This document shows, one piece after another, positions 24,443 through 35,276 of a DNA stretch of 64,000 bases. Position numbers and translations under genes: made by a program. The DNA is taken from the IMG/VR virus record IMGVR_UViG_3300036766_002289, positions 310,001 through 374,000 of that record, one strand, 5' to 3'. Within the stretch, counting starts at the first letter, position 1. Each line of letters opens with the position of its first letter. The notes beneath the pieces are model-generated. The model had not been told where the DNA came from and did no database searches. It worked only from the letters and a program-made list of their open reading frames with translations.

Positions 24443-26638
24443 ATGGGACGATGTGATCCTGTAGCAGGCCCTGTAGATGTATTTACATTATGTTCAAGCA
24501 TTCAAGACAGTTTTAACGACATATATTGTTGTTCTGGAACTGAAAACAAATTCATAGGCTTTGACCCATTAGAGCCTGACATACTTTTCGTAGCCAATGG
24601 TACATGCTTGAATTTTAATTTTCCATTAAAAAACGATGACGGTGCGCCAATGTTGAAGTCTGTTCTAAATGCAACAGCACAGTCACCGTGGGTAAGAATA
24701 GCATTTCAAGAATATTGTGCAGATGGAAGCCGTTCGGTATCTGCAACCAACCAAAGCATTATAACTACAGGAAACATATCACAGTCTGGTGGCGGTGGAG
24801 CAGAAACTTGCAATGCCGCAATTAAATCGTTCCAATATGGCTGGGGGACCGTAGATGGGGGAAATAGATGCAGAGTAACAATTATTGACGAAAAAGGTGG
24901 GAGTTTTGAAACTTGGGCCAAAAGAATGGCGACTAACACAGAAGCAGCATCTACCCCTGTTAGAGGCTCTTATAAGATGAAGGTACAGTTTGGCTGGTAT
25001 ATTACAGGTGGTGGACCTGATGACCAATGTGGCCAACCTGCTGCACAACCAGGAGTTGCACCTGACCCAGGCCAAAACACATCATTCAACGTTTGTAGTC
25101 CTACTATGTGGTTCCTCCCAGACGCAATTACTGTTAATTGGGAAAATGGTAAGTTCATATACACTCTTGAAGGTGTTGATTTGTTGGTTAGAGGGCAGGA
25201 ACAATCAATCAACAAAGCAATCGGGCAAGATGGTGGAGATGGTAATCCATTTAACAAAAAGATGTTCTTCACAGATGCTGTTCAGCTTTTAGGTTCTTAT
25301 TCAATGCCCCCTTTCCGAGTAAGGTTTTTATCATACAATTCTGACCGTAAATTAGTGAGCATGAAGTTCATTAAAAGAGAAAATAACGCAATGGACGATG
25401 AATGCAAAGGTCCGTTTTCTCTTTATCAAACCAAGGAAATGAAGCCTTTAGACATTATAAGATTCTGGCTTAAGGGAGTTCCAGTATTGGCAGTAGATCA
25501 AACTGGTAATATATCAACTCCAGGTAAAGAAATAGGTGTAACTATAAATTATGATTCAATACAAGATATGACAAATAGACCACTTACTAGTTTTCCAGTT
25601 GATGATTGTGAGGCATTTGTTCAGCTTGGTAATGAAATATGCGTTGATAACTTGCCAGACGTTGGGACATTAATACTGTGGGCAGCAAATGGTGTTCCAC
25701 ATTGTCAAACGAACTTATCCGAGGCTCAAATCAATGCCAGCATGAACGCTGTTTATATTGTTAATGGTGGTAATTGCTCACCTGTTTTAGCCTTTAATCC
25801 AGTAGTGAGATGGCATTTCCTATTAGGCTTGAAAGCTGGTGGATATGTATTGCCTACAAAAGGCACAAATAGCAAGACTGCCGAAGCTTTAAATGCTACT
25901 GGATGTGCTGTATCTGGTGGTAGGTCAATGGTTGAGCAACCTAAAGCTAATCAACCAGCAATGGGGGAACAAAACGATGCTGCGGCAGCGACCCAGCGCG
26001 CGGCAATATTGCATACAGCAGGTAATTTGGGTATCACAGCTATTGAAGCGGAATTGAGAGTGCAGGGTGATCCTAGTCCTTGGTTATGTTCTCCAATATT
26101 CGGAATGGCTAGGTGCGTGGGTATCATTTTCATCAATCCATTCTTTTTACAAGAAGACCCAGAAGGAGATTGTCCACAATTTATGCAGACGACTTCCAGT
26201 CTATGTAATAATTTCTTGACTAACAAGGCTTGGTGGATTAAAGGTGTGGAGCATCAGATTAAAGAAGGTAGTTATATTACTACTATAAAGTTATCACTGC
26301 CTGCTCCTGGTGCCGAATTAAAGTTTGGTGCTGGGCCTGGGTCTGCTGGACCAGCAACTGGTTTGGGCGGATGCGCTGGTGGTGCTAAAATGCAATTTGG
26401 TGGGTTGAACGCCAACACGATTGAATATCCATTAGGAAATACGGCGGGTGAATGGCTTGTGGTAACTGGCGGTGCTGTAGATTCAGGTTGTCCGCCAGTA
26501 TGTTTCATTGGTGGTGGTAGTGCATGTTCAAGTGGTGATATATGTGATTTTATCGGGCCTGATGGTAAAGGAAGATGTAATGATGGGAGTTTTTGTGACG
26601 GGACTCAGGTAGGCGTGCCATGTCCTGGTGGAGATTAA
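24443..26638 (+). CDS. Baseplate hub-like protein, Cys-rich
   Basis: KVQFGW, AELRVQGDP, IKGVEHQIKEGSYITTIKL; position. Confidence 0.6.
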   Translation: MGRCDPVAGPVDVFTLCSSIQDSFNDIYCCSGTENKFIGFDPLEPDILFVANGTCLNFNFPLKNDDGAPMLKSVLNATAQSPWVRIAFQEYCADGSRSVSATNQSIITTGNISQSGGGGAETCNAAIKSFQYGWGTVDGGNRCRVTIIDEKGGSFETWAKRMATNTEAASTPVRGSYKMKVQFGWYITGGGPDDQCGQPAAQPGVAPDPGQNTSFNVCSPTMWFLPDAITVNWENGKFIYTLEGVDLLVRGQEQSINKAIGQDGGDGNPFNKKMFFTDAVQLLGSYSMPPFRVRFLSYNSDRKLVSMKFIKRENNAMDDECKGPFSLYQTKEMKPLDIIRFWLKGVPVLAVDQTGNISTPGKEIGVTINYDSIQDMTNRPLTSFPVDDCEAFVQLGNEICVDNLPDVGTLILWAANGVPHCQTNLSEAQINASMNAVYIVNGGNCSPVLAFNPVVRWHFLLGLKAGGYVLPTKGTNSKTAEALNATGCAVSGGRSMVEQPKANQPAMGEQNDAAAATQRAAILHTAGNLGITAIEAELRVQGDPSPWLCSPIFGMARCVGIIFINPFFLQEDPEGDCPQFMQTTSSLCNNFLTNKAWWIKGVEHQIKEGSYITTIKLSLPAPGAELKFGAGPGSAGPATGLGGCAGGAKMQFGGLNANTIEYPLGNTAGEWLVVTGGAVDSGCPPVCFIGGGSACSSGDICDFIGPDGKGRCNDGSFCDGTQVGVPCPGGD

Positions 26639-28869
26639 TGGCTAATAGAAGAGAAACTTTAGAAAAAATATGGAAAATGCTTAATCGCCATGAAAAGCGA
26701 TTAAAAGAAATGAATTTTCAAGAACTGTTCAATAGACTTTTCAACAAAAAATTCAATCTAATCCAGCAAGCAAATACTTATTTGGGCGTGCATCTTGCCC
26801 TTTGCGTAGATACCCGCGATCCATTCAAACAAAATAGAGTCAAATATTTTAGTCCTGTAATTGATACGCCTCTTATAGGCAGTGGTTTAGGTGTAGCTAA
26901 TGCCCCGACTGGTGCTAGTCAAGTAACTAAAATTTCACAGTTAGATTGGGCGTGGCCAATTTCTTCTATGGGTGGTTTTGATGACTGTGGCTTGAATTGG
27001 GTTCCACCAGCAGGCTCAATGCTAGCCATTATATTCCTTAATGGTGATCCTGGACAAGCCTTCTATATTGGTAGCACTTGGTATAGAGATAAAGGCCCAA
27101 TTCAGCACGATAACTGGAACTATCAAATACCAGAATATTATAAAGTATCTGAAGGTCATCGTGGCGGTTATATGGTCGGCAAGAACGACGAATCACAAGT
27201 TTTACCACCACAAAATACCAATAATTATCAAGGCTTTGATGTAGAAGGCAATATAGACGTAGAAGTAAATCCTGATCCTACTACATTAACAACTTACCCA
27301 CATCTTTACAGCATTAATACCCCAGAAAAACACCGTGTTATAATGGATGACGGTGATCCTAAATGTAATCGTAGATGGAAAAGGTTCGAGATCATTTCTA
27401 GTATGGGAAATTTGTTCTTGATGAAGGATGACCCATATCATCATTGTGGGGAGTGGCTCAACCCAAAATGTTTCATACCAGCAGTAGAAGTAGTTCCAGA
27501 TATATGTCAGATATCAATTACAAATTATGTTCTTCTGGACGCGAGGGGAAAACCTGTTGATGGTAAAATCTCTAACATAATTACTTTCTACCCAGATGGA
27601 AATCAATACCCATGTGCGCAAGGAGAACAGTATTGTTCCTTTATAACTGGCCCTAATGGGGATGAACCACCAAGTTTAACTACAGACCAAGCATATTTAG
27701 GACAGGAGTTCCTATGTCCTTCTAAAACACCATTTCCAAACGTGGTGCTGCCGCAGATTCCAGAAGATTGTTTGAATGGTGTTATTAATGGCATGACTGA
27801 TTTTTGTTTTATCTTTAATAATATGGGTAAGAACAAATATCAGAAACATAGACAGGAATGTTTTCCATATTACTGCCAGGATTGCGGGTTATTGCAATCT
27901 GGCATTCAGATACGTTCACGTTCTGGTGCTACGTTAGTTATGGATGACTCGGTTGAAGAACCAAGAGAAAGAACAGAATGGGAAAGAACGCTCAAAGAAT
28001 TTGATATGGATGGTTGTACTGGTAATTTCAGAGGTAGGACTTACTGGAAGTCAGCAACGGGTCATTATATTGAGATGTGTGACATAGAAATTCAGCCTTC
28101 ACTTAGAAGTGAAAGAAACGGAATTAACATCGTAACTGCTTGTGGCAACAAGATTTGCATGAATGACCAAACATTGCCTGGTTGTATAGCGGGGCCAGCG
28201 AGGGGTATTCACATAAGGAGTACGGCGGACCACACGATTGATTTATGTGACAGTACGAATAAGCAATGTAGTGATGTTAGAAGGGGATGTGAAAAGGGTG
28301 GTCCTTATGCTAAGAAGGCATTTGTCAGGATTAGAAGTGGTTATGGACTAACGATGACTTTTGCGGATGCGGATGACCAGATTAAAACAGATCAGCAATA
28401 CATTCAGATCATGTCGCCACAAAAGGACAATTTGATTAGAGGTCCGCATGTTTTGCATATGCAGGAGAAGGCTGATGGGCCAGGTCAGGTATTCTTAAGG
28501 GCTGGTGGTGATTACATAGTGTATTCTTATGACCAGTTTGTTGAGGTGGTTGGAGAAGAAAAAGATAATCCAGCAGATAAAATGGAGTTTATCTCTAGGA
28601 ACAAATTAGTTAGTGTAAGAAATGTTTATTACAACAAAGCGGAGACTCATGTATTTTGGGCAGACGACTATATATTTCTACTAGCAGGCAGAGATATTGG
28701 TAAGGGGCCAGTAGGTCAGGGTGATCCTACAATATATCCTGTTTGTGTTGCTTATGAGCAAATCCCTGAGTATGTTTCACAGGTTACTGGAATTAAGGCT
28801 AGTGAGCATGTATTTGCTTCTGCTTTGCCAGAACCTGAAGGCTGTGAAGGGGTTGCGAGCGATTTATAA
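26638..28869 (+). CDS. gp5/VgrG-like baseplate spike with OB fold
   Basis: DTRDPFKQNRVK, WAWP, WVPPAGS..IFLNGDP...YIGS. Confidence 0.8.
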   Translation: MANRRETLEKIWKMLNRHEKRLKEMNFQELFNRLFNKKFNLIQQANTYLGVHLALCVDTRDPFKQNRVKYFSPVIDTPLIGSGLGVANAPTGASQVTKISQLDWAWPISSMGGFDDCGLNWVPPAGSMLAIIFLNGDPGQAFYIGSTWYRDKGPIQHDNWNYQIPEYYKVSEGHRGGYMVGKNDESQVLPPQNTNNYQGFDVEGNIDVEVNPDPTTLTTYPHLYSINTPEKHRVIMDDGDPKCNRRWKRFEIISSMGNLFLMKDDPYHHCGEWLNPKCFIPAVEVVPDICQISITNYVLLDARGKPVDGKISNIITFYPDGNQYPCAQGEQYCSFITGPNGDEPPSLTTDQAYLGQEFLCPSKTPFPNVVLPQIPEDCLNGVINGMTDFCFIFNNMGKNKYQKHRQECFPYYCQDCGLLQSGIQIRSRSGATLVMDDSVEEPRERTEWERTLKEFDMDGCTGNFRGRTYWKSATGHYIEMCDIEIQPSLRSERNGINIVTACGNKICMNDQTLPGCIAGPARGIHIRSTADHTIDLCDSTNKQCSDVRRGCEKGGPYAKKAFVRIRSGYGLTMTFADADDQIKTDQQYIQIMSPQKDNLIRGPHVLHMQEKADGPGQVFLRAGGDYIVYSYDQFVEVVGEEKDNPADKMEFISRNKLVSVRNVYYNKAETHVFWADDYIFLLAGRDIGKGPVGQGDPTIYPVCVAYEQIPEYVSQVTGIKASEHVFASALPEPEGCEGVASDL

Positions 28870-28877
28870 GGAAGGCT

Positions 28878-29291
28878 ATGCCGAAATACAGAGGAATAGT
28901 ATACCCGCTAAGCAAGCATCATCAAGGGTTCTTGCATAACGCTGACACGGATTTAGAGCAATTAAAATCCAATATGGCGACTATTATCTTGACAGAGCCT
29001 GGAGAACGGGTTTGCGAGCCTTATTACGGCACAATGATACTTGGAGTCAACTTAAACAACCCTGAGCAAGTGGTGAAAGATACTTTTAGGCAGAATGTTG
29101 CAAAGGCTTTAAAAAGGTGGGAGAAAAGAATACAGGTTAATGACGTTCAAATTAACCTCAACGTATACGAAGGTAATCTAATATTAATGATAAGTGTGTT
29201 CTTTATAGACCCTTTTAATTTAAAAAACAAAGAAGAATTGCACGTTCAAAAATCTCTTGGAGGAATTGATGGCAGACCTATGCCCTTTTGA
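28878..29291 (+). CDS. gp25-like baseplate protein
   Basis: ILTEPGERV..P.YGT, LKRWEKRI. Confidence 0.85.
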   Translation: MPKYRGIVYPLSKHHQGFLHNADTDLEQLKSNMATIILTEPGERVCEPYYGTMILGVNLNNPEQVVKDTFRQNVAKALKRWEKRIQVNDVQINLNVYEGNLILMISVFFIDPFNLKNKEELHVQKSLGGIDGRPMPF

Positions 29292-30846
29292 TGTAACACC
29301 TTTGGCAACTGCCAAAGTTATTAATAATACTCCTGTTTATAATCTAAACTACACGAGTCAAGATTATAGCTCGATGAAGACAAGGTTATTAGAACTCATA
29401 CATGCTAATTTCAATGATGAGTTCAATGATTTCACCGAATCTAGTTTAGCGATGATGTTAATTGAATGCTGGGCTTGGTTAGCTGACCTGTTGTCGTTCA
29501 AGATCGACCAAATTGCTAATGAGTTATTCATTGATACTGTAACGGAGCCAGAGAATGCGTTCAGAATATCTAAATTAGTGGGTTTCAAACCTCAACCACC
29601 ATTACCATCGAGAGCAATGTTTATAGCCTCTAAGAATAGCCCACATTCCTTAGACGTGTCAATGAAAACACCTGTTGTGGTACAACTAGAAACAGGGGTG
29701 AGTGAGATCAGGTATGAATTGTTTGCGGCGGACGTTAATAACAATCCTATTTTTGGCCAGGATATAGTGATACCTGCTGGTAGTACCTTCAACAAGTCAG
29801 TAATAGGTTTAGAAGGTTCAAGTCATTCTGCAAATTACAAGAGTACTGGTAAGGCTAACCAAACTTATACATTGCCTTATCCTTCAGTATTTTATAACTC
29901 TATTCAAGTTAGGTCTGATGATTTGGTATGGGAGCAGGTAGAAAATTTCACGGAAGCAAAGGTTAGACCAGAATACATTGTTGAATACGATGCGGATTAC
30001 AGGGCAAAAATTACTTTTGGCAATGGTAAGGCAGGACTGATTCCACCCCAAAACTCAGAGATTAAGATTCTATTTAGAATAGCTAACAGAAATACAACTG
30101 AAATTATAACTGGAGCCTTTGAAAACAAAGTTCACGTTTCAGTGCCTGGTATACCACATGGAATTACAGTGGACTTTAAGAACTTCACGAAGAGTGATTA
30201 TGGCTATCCAGGTGACTCTATCAATGAGATTAGGAAAAAACTACCAAGTTTCCTAAGAACCCAAGATAGGGCTGTTACTGGTGCAGATTATAAATATCTA
30301 GCAAATAGATTTATGTCAGCACACAATGGTTCTATAGGAAAAGCTACAGCCGCGTTAAGAAATCATGGATGTGCTGGTAATATAATTGATATAATCGTTT
30401 TAGCTCAAACTGGAAATTGGAAATTAGTCAAGGCAAACGATAATTTAAAGAGTGAATTATTAGAAGATTTAAATGGCAAGAAAATATTCACTGATTACCT
30501 TTGCATTAAAGATGGAGAAATAATCTTAACGGATATTCATGTAGATATTGTGCTAGACAAAATCAATAAAAAGAATGAAGAAGCGGTTAAAAGAAAGATT
30601 GTAGAAATTTTAGATTGGTTTTTTGATCTACCAAATTGGGAATTTGGTCAATCGTTAAAAGAGTCAGATATAGTGAAAACGTTGGCTAGAGTTTCAGAAG
30701 TTAGAAGTTTTGAAATTGCTTTCGTGACTGCTAAAAATGTAAATACGGGGTCTACGGAGAATGTTTTAACTCCTAATTACAATGAGATCATAAGACCAGA
30801 TAATATAATAATAAACTTTGTTTACAAATCTGCTGGGGAGTTATAA
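29269..30846 (+). CDS. gp6/J-like baseplate wedge protein
   Basis: YTSQDY, FGNGKAGLIP, QDRAVTGADY. Confidence 0.85.
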   Translation: MADLCPFDVTPLATAKVINNTPVYNLNYTSQDYSSMKTRLLELIHANFNDEFNDFTESSLAMMLIECWAWLADLLSFKIDQIANELFIDTVTEPENAFRISKLVGFKPQPPLPSRAMFIASKNSPHSLDVSMKTPVVVQLETGVSEIRYELFAADVNNNPIFGQDIVIPAGSTFNKSVIGLEGSSHSANYKSTGKANQTYTLPYPSVFYNSIQVRSDDLVWEQVENFTEAKVRPEYIVEYDADYRAKITFGNGKAGLIPPQNSEIKILFRIANRNTTEIITGAFENKVHVSVPGIPHGITVDFKNFTKSDYGYPGDSINEIRKKLPSFLRTQDRAVTGADYKYLANRFMSAHNGSIGKATAALRNHGCAGNIIDIIVLAQTGNWKLVKANDNLKSELLEDLNGKKIFTDYLCIKDGEIILTDIHVDIVLDKINKKNEEAVKRKIVEILDWFFDLPNWEFGQSLKESDIVKTLARVSEVRSFEIAFVTAKNVNTGSTENVLTPNYNEIIRPDNIIINFVYKSAGEL

Positions 30847-32676
30847 ATGGGCCGCAAGAAGTATACAGACAATCCTTCTGTCAACGATATTATTGTTTTC
30901 GACCTTAACACAGAAAACGATGACGGTCTGATTGCCGACCCATTTTCCGTAGAAAAGATAACTATATTCTACCTAGAAAGAGGTTCGGGAAAAAATAACT
31001 TAAAATTAGAAAAAAAATTCAATAACCCAAGTTTACAAGAGCGGTATGATAGGCACAGAGAGATAGCTACAAGTGATCCTTCCCTAGATAACATCAAAAT
31101 ATTAAAGGACTTAAAAAACAGTCTAGACGCGACTGCTTTCACCACTCACATTTATTATAAAGAAGCTCAATTTGCCATGTCTACGCCAAGTCCCATATGG
31201 ACAGCAGATGGTAAAGTAAGAAAGCTAGTTAATTTCGTTAATGAAAAAAAGCAAGTTTTGCCAGGAAGATTTTATTTTGCATGGCAACCGAAAGGTATGA
31301 GAGAAGGAACCTACATTATTAGATGGGAGTGGAAACTCGAAGAAAGTGGTACTATAAGAGCCGCAGAAAAAACTTTCACTATAAGTGCAGACCCCGAAGA
31401 GATTAAAAGCAACAACCTTAATCTAGCCCCAGAGGAGAAGTATGATTTTCTTTTGAGAAAGTACATGCCAACGATGTATCAAGTAAAGACTAAGCCCAAT
31501 GATTTAACACCATATGTTTTAGAAAAACTAAATAAGTCTGTAGGTAAAGGATTTCAAGAAATAGAGAACATAGCAATCCAGCTTTCTACTTTACTCGACC
31601 CAGATACAATCAAAACTGATTTTCTACCTTTGCTTGCGAACACTTTTGGTTTGACTTTAAGATCAGAGGACTCTGACGCATGGCGAAATCAAATAAGATA
31701 TGCCCTCAATTTGTATAAAAAGAAAGGCACTTATGAAGGTTTAAGACAAGCCTTGGATAAGGCTAAGATTACTCTATTAAAACTAACTAATCTCTGGCAG
31801 GTTGTCTCCCGCAACATGTGGACAGATGGATTTTTGATTGACAGGGACATAAATCTTGAGACATTGATATTGGGTTATTTAACCAAAAAGCCAATTAATG
31901 ATTTAGAAATAGAAATTCGTTCATCGGAAGATTTAAATTATATAAAACTACCAAAAGAGATCATTAGTTTGCAGGAAGTGCAAGCCCCAGAAACGAAGAC
32001 TGCTATTATCTGGCAAGGCGGCAATATTACGCCACAGATACCTTTACTAAAAGGGGATGTTATCAAGATAAGGTATGCATACAAAGATATACCAGATAGC
32101 GATTTAGCTATAGAAAAATATATAGACTCTTTGCCATTAGCGGATCAACGGGATGAAGCAGAGATAAAATACCCGCTCAAGAACTGGAACATAAAACTAA
32201 TAGAAGAGGATGATCCTTTATTTAGTTTACTCATTACAGATAGAAATCCTTTTCAGAGTCCAGTTGTGTTCGGCAAAATCAGGACAACATTCCTTTACAG
32301 TGAAAAGGTGTTCAACATGGATACCTACAATGGTAGTTTATTCAACTCGAACAATCCATGTGATTTAGATAAAGATTTTATTGATACTTGTCATGGTGGT
32401 AGAAGCAGTAAGTTTAACGTTCATTTGGAATTTGATAATGTTACTAATGATAAAATAAAAGAAGCTAAAGAAATAATCATAGATTATTCACCATTTCATG
32501 CTATGTTACATAACATAATCATAAGCAGTAAGACAACGGACTATATCTTGCCCCCTATCGAGTCAATCAATAGCAGCATAAAAGAAAATAATAACAAGGA
32601 CAAGGTTGGTGTAGGCGAGAATATAAACTGCAAAATCAAGTATAAAGACGGGAAAACAATAGAAGGGAGATTATGA
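30847..32676 (+). CDS. Baseplate wedge protein (P2 gpI/gp7-like)
   Basis: FLPLLANTFG...LYKKKGTYEGL. Confidence 0.7.
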   Translation: MGRKKYTDNPSVNDIIVFDLNTENDDGLIADPFSVEKITIFYLERGSGKNNLKLEKKFNNPSLQERYDRHREIATSDPSLDNIKILKDLKNSLDATAFTTHIYYKEAQFAMSTPSPIWTADGKVRKLVNFVNEKKQVLPGRFYFAWQPKGMREGTYIIRWEWKLEESGTIRAAEKTFTISADPEEIKSNNLNLAPEEKYDFLLRKYMPTMYQVKTKPNDLTPYVLEKLNKSVGKGFQEIENIAIQLSTLLDPDTIKTDFLPLLANTFGLTLRSEDSDAWRNQIRYALNLYKKKGTYEGLRQALDKAKITLLKLTNLWQVVSRNMWTDGFLIDRDINLETLILGYLTKKPINDLEIEIRSSEDLNYIKLPKEIISLQEVQAPETKTAIIWQGGNITPQIPLLKGDVIKIRYAYKDIPDSDLAIEKYIDSLPLADQRDEAEIKYPLKNWNIKLIEEDDPLFSLLITDRNPFQSPVVFGKIRTTFLYSEKVFNMDTYNGSLFNSNNPCDLDKDFIDTCHGGRSSKFNVHLEFDNVTNDKIKEAKEIIIDYSPFHAMLHNIIISSKTTDYILPPIESINSSIKENNNKDKVGVGENINCKIKYKDGKTIEGRL

Positions 32677-33137
32677 TAGACCATATAGTGCCAAAAGGCT
32701 ATATCCAAGCTAGGATAAAACATAAAAATAAGGGTATTGAAACTCTAACATTTAAAAACCAAGTATTAAATACAGGAAAGATTTTCCTAGCGAAATGCTT
32801 ACTTGAAGAATATAAAGATACAGTTCATATAGCAAATATGTTGTTTGGTGATGGCGGAACGCAGAATGGCACACCAAAGGAAGTCTCCCCGAGTGCCCAG
32901 AATTTAAATGGTGTCACTAGAATCAAAAAACCAGTAGTAGCACAAATTAATCCTGATTCCCCGATGGAAGCTATTTTCGTGGTAATCATCAGTGAAGATG
33001 AAGGTAATGATTTCATCACTAACGAGATGGGTCTTGAGCTTAGTGATGGAAGTCTCTTTAGCTTATCAACTTTCGCAGATTTGAATAAGACAGACCAAAT
33101 GGAAATTACCTGGAGTTGGAATATTAGTTTCCTTTAA
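32673..33137 (+). CDS. Tail-fibre collar/attachment-like protein
   Basis: FGDGG...ITNEMGL...KTDQMEITWSW. Confidence 0.55.
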   Translation: MIDHIVPKGYIQARIKHKNKGIETLTFKNQVLNTGKIFLAKCLLEEYKDTVHIANMLFGDGGTQNGTPKEVSPSAQNLNGVTRIKKPVVAQINPDSPMEAIFVVIISEDEGNDFITNEMGLELSDGSLFSLSTFADLNKTDQMEITWSWNISFL

Positions 33138-33179
33138 AATGTCATTGTCTTCCAAGCGATATGCATATATAATTATGTT

Positions 33180-34223
33180 ATGAAAAAACATATAGCATTC
33201 CCACCGTTGACGCCTATTCAATTAGAAGTAATAAATGGAGCATTACTTGGGGATGGTTCATTGCACCATATTAAAAACACTAATGCAAATTGGAAATTTG
33301 TAACAAGTCAGAGTGCGTATGACAATAAAGGAATTGATAAATCAACTTATATGCAATATATCTTCGATGCATTGCAGCCATATAGCAGTAAATTAGCAAA
33401 ATATGATAACAACAACACGATTTTAAACATAAATGGCAGGATGATAAATTTACATAAGGAAGATGACAAAAAATATCATTCGCTTACAACTCATTGTCAT
33501 CCTGTCTGGACAAATATGGCAAAAGATTGGTACTTATGGAAAAATGGAAATCTAGTTTTAAAAGATAATAAAATAATTAAAATAGTTCCAGAAGAATTAA
33601 AATTGACGCCTCTTACATTGTGTATTTGGTTCATGGACGATGGATCATTGGATAGCAAAAGAGGAAATGCTACTATACACACTGAAGGTTTTACTGTGAA
33701 CGAATGCAATTTATTAATAGAAAAGTTAAAAGATGTTGGCATATTTGCCAAATTAAAATTCAAAAAAACATATCCTATAATTTTTATTGGGATTAAATCA
33801 TATTACAAGTTATTGAGTTTAATTACGCCCCATGTGCATTGGTCATGCTTCCAATATAAAATAGACAAATCATACTCTAAAAAACATCAACAAGGCGAAC
33901 ATCATTCACAAAGCAAACTGACGGAAATAAAAGTTAAAAAAATCATTGCATTATACAACGAAGGAATATATCAAAAAGATATTGCAAAACAATTCAATAT
34001 ATCACAAGCTACTATTTCGGAAATAGTAACTGGTAAAAATTGGAGTCATTTAAATTTGGGTACTCCTGGAAGAAGGTTTTCTAAACTTTCTATGGACCAA
34101 AACCAATTAATCATAAAGGAAGTTAGAACAGGTGCAAAACAAAAAGATATTGCTCAAAAATTCAATATAGATCAGTCAACTGTTTCTAAAATACTCAAAA
34201 ATGTACAAATTATATCAATATAA
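33180..34223 (+). CDS. LAGLIDADG homing endonuclease with C-terminal HTH repeats
   Basis: GALLGDGSL and IWFMDDGS; two QKDIA..FNI.Q.T.S modules. Confidence 0.88.
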   Translation: MKKHIAFPPLTPIQLEVINGALLGDGSLHHIKNTNANWKFVTSQSAYDNKGIDKSTYMQYIFDALQPYSSKLAKYDNNNTILNINGRMINLHKEDDKKYHSLTTHCHPVWTNMAKDWYLWKNGNLVLKDNKIIKIVPEELKLTPLTLCIWFMDDGSLDSKRGNATIHTEGFTVNECNLLIEKLKDVGIFAKLKFKKTYPIIFIGIKSYYKLLSLITPHVHWSCFQYKIDKSYSKKHQQGEHHSQSKLTEIKVKKIIALYNEGIYQKDIAKQFNISQATISEIVTGKNWSHLNLGTPGRRFSKLSMDQNQLIIKEVRTGAKQKDIAQKFNIDQSTVSKILKNVQIISI

Positions 34224-34728
34224 GTCCATAAAATTTGGATTTATAATTTTGTGTCCAAATTGTAATTTTGGACACCTTAAGAACACATTAAATTCTATAA
34301 ACGCTTTTTATCCCAATAGTAAAATAACAATAGTAGTCCCTGATAACTGTAAAACAGATGAATGTCCTAAAGCCGTAAAAGGCGGTACTACTTTGGCATC
34401 TATGATAAACAGAGGTTTAAAGGAAAGTGTCGAATGGAGTTTTGTTGCTTGCACAGAAGGTTGGATTAAAAATCGCATTGATATCAAATATTCTTATTTC
34501 ATAGAATCTAAAAAAGACATTCTTTTCCCGATTTTGAAAACAAAGAGTTTAAATTATAGTTTCACAAATCAAGATATCAATGGACTACTTATGCATAAAG
34601 ATGCATATACGGATATAGGGGATTTCCCCAATTTCGAGTCTGTTGAGAGTAGTAAGCTCATATGGACCACGAAAGCCTTAGAGAAAGGCTACAAATTTAA
34701 AGGTGTGGTTGGCGGGAGATTATTTTAG
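34201..34728 (+). CDS. Degenerate glycosyltransferase-like protein
   Basis: LKNTLNSI, INRGLK, GLLMHK..Y.DIG.F. Confidence 0.4.
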   Translation: MYKLYQYKSIKFGFIILCPNCNFGHLKNTLNSINAFYPNSKITIVVPDNCKTDECPKAVKGGTTLASMINRGLKESVEWSFVACTEGWIKNRIDIKYSYFIESKKDILFPILKTKSLNYSFTNQDINGLLMHKDAYTDIGDFPNFESVESSKLIWTTKALEKGYKFKGVVGGRLF

Positions 34729-35237
34729 ATTAAACCGTAAACATACGCCCAGCGATTATTGTCCATATGTTTTCCAGCATTAACTTCTCTTAAATAGGCA
34801 TACAAGTGATTCCAGCTATCGAACATAAATTCATGCGGAATGAATCCATAGTACCATAATGGGATAAACTGTTTGCCTTGTTCACAAACCAAAAGAGTGG
34901 GTTTTTTGGCGTTGTTGCTATTAATGATTTCATGATGAGACCCACAAGTGGGCACCTGATAAGGCAGGCATGAAAAAACTATATCTGCACGGTCAACGAT
35001 TGATAAGTCTTTTCTTACAAACCCTTTAGCGATTTTGGTGATTGTGTCAAAGTCTCTGTCATTTCTTGCTTGTATCAAGGCAGGTGCATGAACTTGCTTA
35101 GGGTCTTCATATGGGTCAAAAAGGTTGATGCCAAATTCTTGTGTAAGAATTTTCTTGGGTTCGGTACGCCAGTTGTGGCTAGTGGACCCATGCTCTATTG
35201 GTCCAGATAAATAACCACGCTTATCTTTAGTATACAT
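34725..35237 (-). CDS. Nucleoside 2-deoxyribosyltransferase-like protein
   Basis: YLSGPI, FDPY, KDL..VDRAD, CGSHHE. Confidence 0.7.
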   Translation of the reverse strand: MYTKDKRGYLSGPIEHGSTSHNWRTEPKKILTQEFGINLFDPYEDPKQVHAPALIQARNDRDFDTITKIAKGFVRKDLSIVDRADIVFSCLPYQVPTCGSHHEIINSNNAKKPTLLVCEQGKQFIPLWYYGFIPHEFMFDSWNHLYAYLREVNAGKHMDNNRWAYVYGLI

Positions 35238-35276
35238 TATTAAAGCCTCACTATGATAAATAACAAGGAGAATGAA

